From NCBI GenBank assembly GCA_002189035.1, contig NEEC01000008.1, positions 372,001-436,000 of the forward strand: a stretch of DNA of 64,000 nucleotides, in the 5' to 3' direction. The position numbers were made by a program, and so were the translations under genes. Under the pieces are notes generated by a model. The model worked only from the letters and a program-made list of their open reading frames with translations. It made no database searches and had not been told where the DNA came from. The DNA comes from Utricularia gibba. Its lineage: Eukaryota > Plantae > Magnoliophyta. Shown piece after piece: positions 12,470 through 24,334 of the stretch; the first letter of the stretch is position 1, and every line of letters begins with the position of its first letter.

Positions 12470-13445
12470 AGAACAGTGTATGGTTATGTTTGAAAACTGA
12501 GTGCTTCTTGAAACTTGGGATGCACTTTAAGTAGAGGAAGCCTGATCATCACCTCGGCTGAGTCGAAGGAAAACAATGCATCCGGATTCTGGTAGCATGT
12601 TGCGGAATTCAATCATTTTATCATACGGGGTGTGGGCTTGAAGCGTGATCCACAATGAGGGTTGAAGGAGATGAGTGTTATGAATCTCCTGTGAACTAGA
12701 GCTCTGAGCTCGTGTAACAGGTCGGTTGCATATGAAATCCTCCACTCCTCCACGATTAGTTTTCTGAACGCAGTTTTCTTCAGATTATCTATCGTAGAAT
12801 AAGTACTAGAAGATTACAATACTCAAACAGGCACTTTCAAGGATTGTCCTGACTGAAACATGCAAAAGCTTTTGTAGAGAGAGGTGGAGGCGTGCACATA
12901 TAACCATTCACACAGCATACAAAAAGATGGGGACCCCATGACTATAGGCCCATAACCAGCCTAAAACTTCATCATTACAAGACAACTTAATGCGCATCCA
13001 ACAATTCCCAGCTCATGTTGATCTCAATTTCTTTGCCGGTAACAGATAGCTTCCTTGTTCGACGGTGAGTTCCTCATAATATGTTTGATCTTGCAGGGAA
13101 TGCCTTGGACAAGATCCATCAGCCTTTTGGCATCTTCGACGCTGCGAAAACCATGAAACAAGTGCTGTATGAAACCCTATCATTGACTCCGGCAAGCATC
13201 ACGTACTCGAAAAGGACCTTGTAATTGCGTTTTGCGCGAAGTTCCTCTCGGAGTGTGTTGAGAAGGAGCTCAAGGTTGTATTTCCGATTGATGGGCATGA
13301 TCCATTTCGGAACCTGCAAAGCAGGAACTTCAAGAAGAGTAATGACAGGAGAAAGCAGCAGAAACGAGCACCTCATCGCTTGTAGCGTTTAGACCAACGG
13401 CCAAAGGCGCAGCTAGATTCCTTGAGGAATCTTATCATCCACTTG
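12470..13445 (-). pseudogene. 5'-truncated, decayed duplicate of the 3' half of the RlmN-like gene
   Basis: Collinear with 18705-19385, including intron sequence. It has a ~45-bp coding deletion near 12540 (removes QMAACGQL), a ~410-bp insertion at 12677-13085 and a partly deleted intron near 13170. Confidence 0.9.
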
Positions 13446-14603
13446 TCAAAAAGAGCATGTTTATGAATTATGAAAAATGTAACATTTGGAATGATCTATA
13501 CCTATTGAATTTTAAAATAACATGCGGAACATTTGTAAGTGTTTTATTAATTGAGTTTTACACATACACAGAGGAAAATTTCTATTTGGTAGAATTTTGA
13601 TAAAATCTATTTTTTTCAAAATATTTAAAAGAATCTAAATAATGAATTTATTGTGTAGCTGATCTTTATTTATTAGTTAAATAATTTATATGTACTTGTG
13701 GAATTATCACTCAATTTGATTATGTTTTTATGAATTTTTTTAATAAATATTTTAATAAAATAGAAGCTGATTTTTTAATTCTTTTTTAAAATAAAAATCA
13801 TTTTTAATCTATGTTCTTTATTTGTATTTAATAATAAAAAATAATAATGATTTCAAATAGATTCTGATTATTATTTGATTTTCCCGTTTTTTGATTGTCT
13901 TGCAGGGCGGCCCAAACGAACCACTAGCACGCGCACATGGGCTTCGATTCCAACGATTGTCATTAACACTATGAAACCCAGTTATAATACTGGCTATAAA
14001 TACTCCTCCTATCGCGCTGTTGTCTTTCCAGATGAGCCCTAGCGGCTGAGAGGTTCACCTCCCGTTCGATTTCGATCGCCCGGCCTCGCGGTGGCGGATT
14101 GCCTGGCGTCTCCTCTTCGACGCTCGTAAAATTTGACAATGTGACATTTTATTCTTCACCAAAGGCGCCTCTTTTTATTTTGTGTTTCGCAAGTTGTGTA
14201 TCTGAAGCTAACCTGATGAAAAAAGCAGAGATCCATCGCCATCTGTGGATGGACCTCTCGTATACCTCAGGGAGATAAACTCGTGCATTGTTGTTGGGTG
14301 AACCATCGGAGCTACTGCGTTGAACGATGGTTCAGTAAACGATGCAACATTGCTTCCGTTTGGCGTCTTTGTGATGCGAATTTGAGACCCTAACCGCCCG
14401 TTGCCACAGTGACACACGGCGCGTAAAACTAGGGCTTTCTGATTGGGCTTCGAGCCACATCACCAATGAAAATGAGACGAGTGTCATTTTAACTCTTATT
14501 GGGCTTCGAACCACAGTACTAAAGCAAATGAGACGCGTGTTATTTTAACAAGTACCTGGTAGTTGCTAAATAATTAAAGCACGCATGTCGTCATCGTCAA
14601 CCC

Positions 14604-17600
14604 TCAGTCTTCCTCGTCATCTTTCCATACCTGTCGAAGTAGCGTATACCTAAGAATGCTTCTGCCGTGTTTCTCCTGAGGTATCAGGCTGAGCTTTTCT
14701 AGGCTGGACGTGTTCCCGTAGCTATCGGGGATGATGGAGGTTAACGGCGAATTGAGCTCATCCAGTTCGTCGTCGCTGTTGTGGGATTTCTTGAGAGTTG
14801 GAATTCTGCACGTTTTGAGCCCCTGGCCTCCTGCTTCGCCATCGCATGTCATCAAGACTGCTGCAGGAGGTGAGTATGTTGTGGGGCTTGCGTAGCATGG
14901 TATGCTTGTGATTGTGCTTCTCCCCGCAGGCTCCGGAGTTTCCTGAGTGAAGCCAAACAGCGGATCATTCACTTCGGGAAATGGCGTCATGAAGTGCTGG
15001 AGAAATGTACCTCTGAATCAAGTGCGGCGATCATGGATCTGGGGATGGGCTTGGGGAAGAAATCATCAGGGACGAAATTCTTCATGACCCGTTTTATGAC
15101 TTGAGGGCCTAAAAGTGGGCATACCTTTGCCAAGGAACAAAAGACAGTAATGGAGGACGTGTACATAGAGGCAATGTTCAAATGAGACTAACTAACCTCT
15201 TTGCGGGCGGAGGCATCTGCAAGCATATCAAAAGGTAGCATCATGAGATCGCTGAGTGCATGGAGGAGACGAAATGCCTTGAAAGATGACTTGGGCTCTA
15301 CCCCGTCTCCATTTACCATGCCATCCTCAGATGGCCCGTCTTCCAAGCCAAACAAGTGAGAGAGCCATCTGGACCAGTTCCCTATCTGCAACACAGTGAT
15401 GGAAATGGAGTGTAAACATGGAAGCCCTCGAGGTGGAGGAACCCTGCTTGATTGACACTCACCACATTTTTCAACTGTGCGCCGGCAGTGAAGCTGGATT
15501 TCCCGGATGGAATTGGGAGGACATGGGGATCACTGATTGGATCAGAAACAGGATCAGTTGGCATCTCTTCGTCCGATTCACGGAGAATAGCATTGAACAT
15601 TGCTACATCAAGCCTGTCAACTAGCTGTTCCATAACCTGAAAAAGGGCATCAGTTCTCTGTTATTTTTCATCTTCATATACTCTCAAGTGATCATGACAC
15701 TCGCACTTACTAGCGCAACTAGTGAGGCCAAACATCCGCATTCATGTCCACTTGCCCGAACAGGACAAAGCCTTTCACATGAATCTTTGAAAGCTTTTTT
15801 CCACAACTCAATTGAGAAATTTCCTAGATCATAACAACCTGAACTACTATGTCTCCTTATACGAGTTTTCCTTGCTGCAGTGTCCATGGCCAAAGGGTTC
15901 AGCTTTACAACCATGGGCTGCATGTGCGGTGTGAATGTCTACAAGAAAAATAAACATCAATGAACAAATGAGCGCAATGATGTGAAAGAACCTTCATGAG
16001 TAGCAAACGAATGCACAACAAACCTGCCACCAAATGGACTCCACTACTCGAGAAAACAGCCAAGATTCAACATTTTCTAGTGCAATAATGAAGGTCGAGG
16101 TGGCCTCCCAGTCATCAGGTTCCGCAAGAGATTCAGAGTTCTTTGCTTGTGCTGCATTTTGGCTTATGAGAGCCCTCAGCATAATTGCATTTGATAGCCA
16201 GAATGTCAACCTGCAAAAAGTATATTAATTAAAAACTGGTTCCTGACTCGAAAAATGAAATGAATCTTGCAATGAGTGACAATGTAGGCATATACCTAGG
16301 GACATCATTTCCGCAGGCCCTGGAGACAAGAATCAAACCAGATACAGCAGCTCTTGCTGCGCTTGCTCGTTTAGCTTGAGACCCTTCGCCGTGAAAACTA
16401 TTGTAAAATCTACACAGCCTTCTAGCAGGGGAATGAACCTTATTTCCAGAGCTTGAATGCTCTGAAACTGTAGAATACAATGCCAACTCAATTGCGGCAG
16501 CTTCTCTCAACTCTTCCTCCAGCATCTTGGCCCTCGCCTTCCATTCGTTTGGTTCTTTCCATTCATTGACATTCGTTTCCGAGCTATTCACCATGTCAAT
16601 GTGTATTGCTTCTATCCCGCTGTGAATATCCGCTGCGTTCTCGATTGCATCATCAATTCGGACAGACATTCCATGCGTTAGCTGAGCTTTTTCACTGCCA
16701 CTGACTGATGAAATCCCAGGTACTTTATTCGAGGAGACGGGAGAATCTGCCGTTTTCTTTTCAAAGCCCCCCCTTCGTAAATCAGGCAAAGGGATTGACT
16801 TGGAGTTAATAGCATCTTTAACACCTAGAATGGCATCAAACTTTGTTAAGGCTTTTTCTTCTGCAGTCTGTCGAGTATCTTCATGATATTCATGCTTGTT
16901 AGATATCATGTTTTGAGCAGTAGTTTTCCGCATAGATCTTGGCATAAAGCAGCTAAGTTTCCCATCAATATCCCGGAAGCTCATTGATGAGAAAGATCTG
17001 GGTGAGGAAGCAGGAGTTTTCCGATGGACGAACGACATGCTTCGTTCAGACAAGTTAGATGAAGAAACATGGCTACTCGATGCCTCCACCCCTGTACCAT
17101 CTGATGCATTAGCCACCGAAGATATTATTTTCTCGTTTAGCTCATCAGCAAAAGAATCTGCTCTAGCGTCCCCACCAACATTCTGCATCACAGTTGCCAA
17201 TTACTACACCGGAAACGGCATTCACAGGGGAGGGAAAATGGAACTTCAAGAAAAAATAAAATAAAATCTCGCACTATGGATCATCGAAATGCACATGCAG
17301 CATCCCTTCACGTACCTTCTCGCTGAGGGGGATGAACCCAGTGGGTACTCGATCGTCGATGACCTCGTTGATGAATGAGAAGATGCATCTTCATCTGTAC
17401 AGGAGGCAAATTCAGTATCCTCATTGTCCAAAGAGGCTTCTTTTGATAAGCTACCGCTGGTTGAAGGCTTACATCCATCTCCCACAACAGGCTCTAGACT
17501 AATGGACAGAGCAGGTTGCAGTGAACCATTAGATTTCTTCTTCAACTTTATGGGAGCACTTACAGTGACCGTCTCATCCATCGACACATGATCCGCAAGA

Positions 17601-17935
17601 TTTATTACAAATGCTCCCAAGAGTTGTCCTTCAGCCTTGTCCTTACGAGGCTCAAACAAGCTAAACTCCAAATAGTTCTTCCGGAACCTATTATTCTTCT
17701 CTCGCTTGAGAGACAAAGGCAGCATGAACGACTCATTAAACCCAATACTGTCATCACCAACAACGGACTGAAAGGACCCTGAGTTTTGAGGACCATTTTT
17801 CCATTGCAACAAAACCGTTTGCTCTGATCTCAAGGAATCAGATGGTGGCCATGGCCTAATCTCTCGTACGTGGACAATGTAATCAAGTTTAACAGTAGCG
17901 CCCCTTTTGTGCTTCAACTTCATCCCAAGAACCAT
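14604..17935 (-). CDS. NT-C2 (EEIG1/EHBP1 N-terminal) domain protein with conserved plant C-terminal region, multi-exon
   Basis: N-terminal KLDYIVHVREIRPWPPSDSLR...LLQWKNG...FNESF; later LEEELREAAAIELALYS, TFWLSNAIMLR, LDVAMFNAILRES and SDDELDELNSPL; GT-AG introns visible. Confidence 0.88.
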
Positions 17936-18333
17936 TGGTTAACTAAAAATAGTATCCAAGAACTGGGAAACATCCCAAAGCATCAGACAGGATACTCTAG
18001 ACACGGCTGGATACAAAAAAAAAATCTGAAACAGGAAGCACAACTGAAAAATGCAAAGATCAACACCACGAAATAGGAAAAGAAGAAGCATGTAGTCTGA
18101 TTGGCCTGGAAGAAACCAGAAAACTGGGACTGCAATTCAAGAAAAGGTGACAGCCTTTTCTTTTATACATACAGACGAGTGTGAATAGAGATTCTTTCAA
18201 TCCCATCTGCATTGATATGATAGCTGCCTCTTTCTCGCCAACTATCATGGACCAGAATTAACGAAATCACGAAGCGCGGTGGGGCTGAGGAGGTTGATGC
18301 CTAGGAAGCACCCATCCACTTCCACATCGCAAA

Positions 18334-18691
18334 TTGTTCCCTGTCTTCATGCCGAGGACACTGACCTTCTCCATCGCGTGAGCAAATGCTTGGAAGAAAG
18401 CAATTTGATCCTTGGCGTACAGATCCACGAACGGCTTCGTTCTCTCATCGAACACCATAGCGTGATCGCTCGCAAGCAACGCCACGCCTCTCTGCATAAG
18501 ATCTCTTAATTACCGATTGTACATGTTCTGCAGTGTCTAGATTTTCATTGATATTAATATTATTCATTTTTTTTTACCTGATTCTTTTATGCATAGGAAC
18601 TGTTTTTGCAAGGAAACTCAATTGATGATGGAGTGCGTGCATTGATTTCTGGGTTATCTCATCACAAGGGCAAGTCTTCTGAAGAAACCAA
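18334..18691. pseudogene. Chimeric fragment: peroxidase 3' CDS piece (18334-18496) fused to EMB2004 intron/exon piece (~18497-18691)
   Basis: 18334-18496 matches 3552-3714 (5 mismatches in 163 bp by eye). ~18500-18691 matches ~7020-7222. Confidence 0.93.
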
Positions 18692-18715
18692 TTGCACATG
18701 TTTTACAGTGTATGA

Positions 18716-20808
18716 TCATGTTTGAAAACTGAGTGCTTCTTGAAACTTGTGAGGCACTTTAAGAAGAGGCGCCTGAAAATCCCCAGGGCTACCGAGCTGG
18801 CCACATGCGGCCATCTGATCATCACCTCGGCTGAGGCGAAGGAACACAATGCATCCGGATTCCGCTAGCGTGTTGCGGAATTCGATCATTTTCTCATCTG
18901 GAGTGGGCTTGAAGCGTGATCCACAATGAGGGTTGAAGGAGATGAGGTTGATCTTGCAGGGAATGCCTTGGACAAGATCGATCAGCCTTTTGGCGTCTTC
19001 GAGGCTGCGAAAACGATGAAACAAGTGCTGAAAGCAGTATGAAACCCTGTTGACTCGACAGGGGTTTGGGTTAAGGGGCTACTTGAGTGGCGCAAACAGA
19101 TGGTGCATACCTGTCATTGACTCCGGCAAGCATCACGTACTCGAAAAGGACCTTGTAATTGCGTTTTGTGCAAAGTTCCTCTCTGAGTGTGCCGAGAAGG
19201 AGCTCAAGGTTGTATTTCCGATTAATGGGCATGATCCAGTTCCGAACCTGCAAACCAGGGGAGGGGACTTCAAGAAGAGCAATGACGTGACAGCAGAAGG
19301 CAGCAGAAACGAGCACCTCATCGTTTGTAGCGTTTAGACTAACGGCCAAAGCGCAGGTTGATTCCTTGAGGAATCTTATCATCTGTGGAACAAGCCCACT
19401 CGTCGAAACCGTGACTTTTCGAGGACTAAACTGAAGCCCCTGCTCGTCCACCATGATATCGGCAGCTCTTAGAACATTCTCGATGTTTTGAAGTGGCTCG
19501 CCCATCCCCTACAACCAGGTTTTCTAATGGCCAAGTTTCGAAAAACCACCAGCCTGTGGAAAAAGAAGTCGTTTTTACCATAAAGACCACATTGGTCATG
19601 GAGCCTATCTCATGTGAAAGCAAGCGTCTTGCACACACAGCCTGCTCTACTATCTCTGCAGCAGACAAGCTCCTTCTCAGTCCCATTCTGTGCAACGGAA
19701 CAAACATGTTAACAACAAGATGATTTCTCGAAGAAAAAAAGTTGCCCTGCGTTCATACAACGGTCTACTTGCCTTCCGGTATAGCAAAACTGACAGTTCA
19801 TCGCACAGCCTACTTGACTAGAAACGCAGATCGTATTCCGGCCCATCCGGCAGGGGATGATGACAGTCTCTATAACCAGTCCATCTTCCAGTGTGAATAA
19901 CATCTGTTGCCTCCTGTGACTCACAAATGAATGTGACGGTTCCCAGTAGAGCACACAAGTAAGCCATCCAAACTCTTCACTCGTAAAAAAACATCCCTTT
20001 TTTGAAATCTGTAGAATCTCAAAAGGAGGAAGGCTGTCACCTTTCTGGTTCCATCAGATGATGTAGTAATGTCCTTCAAACGCAACGCCTTGAATTCAGC
20101 ACTCTCAGCCAGCATCACCTTAAAGTCCTTGTTCAGACCTGCCCACCGCGCGAGTGAACACAAGATCAGATTTCACTGCATAGATGAAGAGCTATGTCAC
20201 CTTGCAATTCTTCATGTGAATCAGCCCAGATATCATTCCCATATAGGCGCTTCCATAACATCAAAGCCTGCCCAGGCCTGAAACCACGAGAACGAACCCA
20301 TTCCTGCCCAACATCTCAGGCGTAAGCATTAAGACTCCAAAGATTGGTTAGGGATGGAATAAGAAAAAGGGGATGATGATTACCTCCAATTCATGGTATC
20401 GCATACCCTTCAAGACAACTTTACGACCTAAAACCCAGGTAAACGAAAAAAAAAAAAAAAAGAAAATGAAACGAAAGAGGTAGATCCAAACTGAAAACAC
20501 AAATCCACAAGCAGCAGGGGAAATTGTTACTTACCCGACGACAGAGGAGGAGCCGAGGAACATCGCCGGATGGTGGAGGGAAAAGGGCGACAGCGAGTGG
20601 AGATACTCGAGACCATGGACAAATTCAGGGTTGAAAACGAATCGACGAGACGAAGAGAGGAAGAGAAAACATCGAGTTTGTGGTTTAAGCGTCGAAAGGA
20701 AGAAAATTCCAGCTGTTGTTGCCTCCTCATCAATCGACGGAGGCTCAACTTCATCTCCATTGCGGCGGCGCACGTTCCCAGTCCACACCCCGTCGGAATA
20801 CCTGCCAT
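18716..20808 (-). CDS. RLMN: Dual-specificity RNA methyltransferase RlmN-like radical SAM protein, organelle-targeted, multi-exon
   Basis: CxxxCxxC motif [18 protein letters not shown]; MGMGEPL-type exon, [23 protein letters not shown] and MAACGQL. The Arg/Ser-rich first exon resembles a transit peptide; start is ATG 20808 or 20760. Confidence 0.92.
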
Positions 20809-21444
20809 CCTCTCCAGTATTCAAGTACCAACACAAAATGTCGTCAATTTATTTATCCGCCCTCAATGTTCATAATTTTACATGAAATTTCACTTTTTCT
20901 GTACTTGTGTTTGTGCACAACAATTTGAGAACTCTTCAGAGTTATAGATTCCAATTACCAAAACTCAAGTTTTTTCCCTTTCTATTACAAAATGGTAAAT
21001 AAAGAGAGAGTTTTATGAAAACTTTCATTATGCAAGAAGTGATTATACATAGAAAGTACCACAACTACAACAACTGTTTCCTAAATTGTTTCATCGGAAG
21101 GTGATAAAAACAAAAAAAAATTTCTTTTCGTAACTAGCAATATCTCATATCATCAATAGCATCGAAACTAAAATACCTCTACATTGTTCACACAAGCTAG
21201 AAATCATTCTAACTAGATTAAAACTAATAAATTTATTACATATATTTTGCTCAAAATATGTTTAAACGATCTAATGATGCTAATATATCAAGACTTGATT
21301 CAACTCTTGAATCAATATGTTGGGAAAAATGCTAATATCTCATATTAGTATTGATTCTCGATTCAACTCTTGAATCAAGATGTTAGGAAAACACAGTAAA
21401 ACCAATGATAATATCTCATATTGACATTGTCTTCTAAGTAAACT

Positions 21445-24334
21445 GAAGAAACATAGAGAATAAATGAAGAATGTTACCGAACTTGAAACCAGAGTCGAGT
21501 TATATTCTTGTATTGCTATTCACTAACCTTCTTTCTTTTCTAACATTCTTGATAGCTTTTCCTCTTTGGAGACAGAGCACTTCTTCCCACAAGAATTCTC
21601 AAAAAAAGTTCAGAAAAAACTATACTTGTTATGCAAGGTCACATATTTATAACTAATCATTGGCATGCATTTTAATGCAATATGCTTTTCAATGCGGGCT
21701 TATAAATACATGCTTGAGCTTTAAGAATATGGTTTTGAGCCTTTCGGCCCAAATTATTAGCCCATATCATTTTGGGCCTCAATAACCAATATGGGCCTAA
21801 ACCCATATCACCAATTCTTTAACCTACTTATGATTCAAGTTTAAAGACATATTAGAGTCTACCAAAAATCTGAAACACAAGCGTCTTGGACAATTTCTAA
21901 CTCTTAGTGTGTGTGTCTTACTACGTTTATTTTTAATCGACAATGAGAAACGAGAAATCTCATTTCTCTAACAACGATATTGTTCAAACATATCGTGTTT
22001 CTCATAAAATACAAGGGATACCTAGCATAGCATATTGTATTTATCTGATTAAATTTGAATATGATATTCAACGATGAACCTTGATTGCTATACTTATGAA
22101 TATCCCCTCATTAGAGATATAGATCTAGAATGGAATCATTGATAGTCAAATTCCATTTCATCTAGATCATCAACATTATCTTGAACACCTGTTTCGACGG
22201 CAAAATGAGAACCTAGAATCTCATTCCAATCAGGAAATCTGAAGTCTCATCTCCATTTACCCGGAGTAATAAATCCTATCTTGGTTATTCAGAGATCTTC
22301 ATACACTATCGACTTAAACCATTGCTATCGCCGACTTGTATATTTCAACATGCCTAAATAGCAACAAATCTAATACAATAATATATAAAACACAATAAAA
22401 CCTCAAGTCAAAGGATTTTTATAAAGCAACTTGAGTAACACTATATTGACATATGTAAAATACCATGCATATGTTATTCGGCGTCGCATGTTTAGTTAGG
22501 TCATCTCATGAGCCCCCACATATTTATTCTAACATCTCATGTCAAATAGCATTCGACCCATTGCCTACTGTATCTTGATAAACACTTTATCAATACATTA
22601 AAATAAACAGAGGTTATAGTTAAACCAACAATGATGCCCAATCAAAGTATTCAAACTGCGAACCATTCGAATATACATGTTATAGGAGAATCTGTCAAAT
22701 ATCTTTAACAACTTAAAAATACATTCTCCAAACATGTAATTCTGGACATTGCCGTAAAAGAGAGAACAACAATCATGTGATGCTAGATTACATGGCTTTT
22801 GAGCATACTTCCAACAATCTCCCACTTACGCTAAAGCCATTCACTAGAGTATCTCAATACCATCTTCTCAAGATGACGATCCAACTGCTGTTGATTCATA
22901 GGCTTAGTAAGTGGATTGGCAACATTTTCTTCCGACGCTATTTTCTACATTATCACATCTCCCATTGCTACAATTGCTCATAGGATGTCATATCACCTTT
23001 CTATATGTTTGGAGTTCTTATGGGATCTTGGTTCCTTTGCTTGGGCAATGGCACCATTGTTGTTACAATTAAGGGGAATTGGTGACTCAATGGTAGGAAC
23101 TACTCCCAACTCAAGAATAAATTTCTTGATCCAAGCAGCCTCTGCAGCTTCCAAAGTTGCAATATACTCGGCCTCTGTGGTGAAATCTACAATCGTTTCC
23201 TATTTGAAACTCTTCCAATCGACTACTCCGCTATTACACGTAAAAATGTATCCAAAAGTTGATTTTCTATCATCGACATTTGGCTGAAAATTTGAATCTA
23301 TATATCTAGTGCTTTTCAAGTCATCTGCTCCATATGTCAAGAATATATCCATAGTCCTTCTCAAGTACTTTAGGACATTCTTGACTGCTGTCCAATGCTC
23401 AAGGCTCAAATTGGACTGATATCTACTTACCAAACTGACACCAAATGCTATATCTGGCCTTGTATGAAGCATTGCATACATGAGACTGCCTATTGCCAAA
23501 GCGTATGGAACTCTAGCCATGAATTCTCTCTCCTTTAGAGTTTTGGGACTCATTTGCTTGGAGAGATGAATACCATGTCTAATTGGCAAAAGTCCTCTCT
23601 TAGAATCAAGAATGTCCTTTGAGATAAGCCCAATATTCTTTTCGTTCTATCTTTATAGGGTTAAATGCCAAGAATATAGATAGCTTCTCCCAAATCTTTC
23701 ATACAGAAAGTATTGGACATCTAGAATTTGATAGATATCAACAATCCTACATTGTTTCCCATTAGCAGAATGTCATCGACATAGAGAATAAGAAATAATA
23801 TAGAGCTACCATGAACCAACTTATGCACACACGATTCATCAAGATTTTTAATGAAACCAAAACCTGTTATAGCTTCATCAAACCGCTGATTCCAACTCCT
23901 AGATACTTGTTTCAATCCATAAATAGATATTTGTAGCTTGCACACTTTGGCACTATTCGTGGATACAAAACCCTTTGGTTGTTCCATAAAGATTTCCTCT
24001 TTTAGGAACCCATTCAAAAAGGTGATTTTGATATCCATATGTCAAATCTCATAATTGAGATGTGCAACAATAGACAAGAGATATCTGATGGACTTAAGCA
24101 TAGCTACAAGAGAAAAGGCTTTCTCATAATCGATCTCCCCTCTCTAACTATAACCCTTAGCCACAAGCCTAGCTTTATAGGTTTGCACCTTTCCATCAGG
24201 TTCTCATTTTTTCTTAAAGATCCATTTACACCCAATAGGTACAATACCCTCAGGTGGATCAACAAGCACCCACACTTGATTGCTATATAGAGAATCCATT
24301 TTGGAATCCATAGCATCCTTCCACTTAGATGAAT
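21445..24334 (-). mobile_element. Ty1/Copia (Angela-like) retrotransposon 3' part: RT-RNaseH, PPT and 3' LTR, degenerate
   Basis: IYGLKQVSRSWNQRF, LYVDDILL and VPYALAIGSLMYAMLHTRPDI. Polypurine tract AAGTGGGAGA (rc 22818-22827) is followed by TGTTGG at 22816. Far LTR end (~21445) is inferred. Confidence 0.88.

Noticed and set aside
13013-13085. LSVTGKEIEIN as a NEDD8/RUB-like fragment
   Set aside because: Only a short motif resemblance followed by a stop; insufficient without a search.
14030-14140. Known snRNA/snoRNA/7SL/telomerase RNA
   Set aside because: No USE box upstream and no match to sequences I can recall; GATGA/CTGA-like boxes are only ~12 nt apart. Kept only as an unassigned island.
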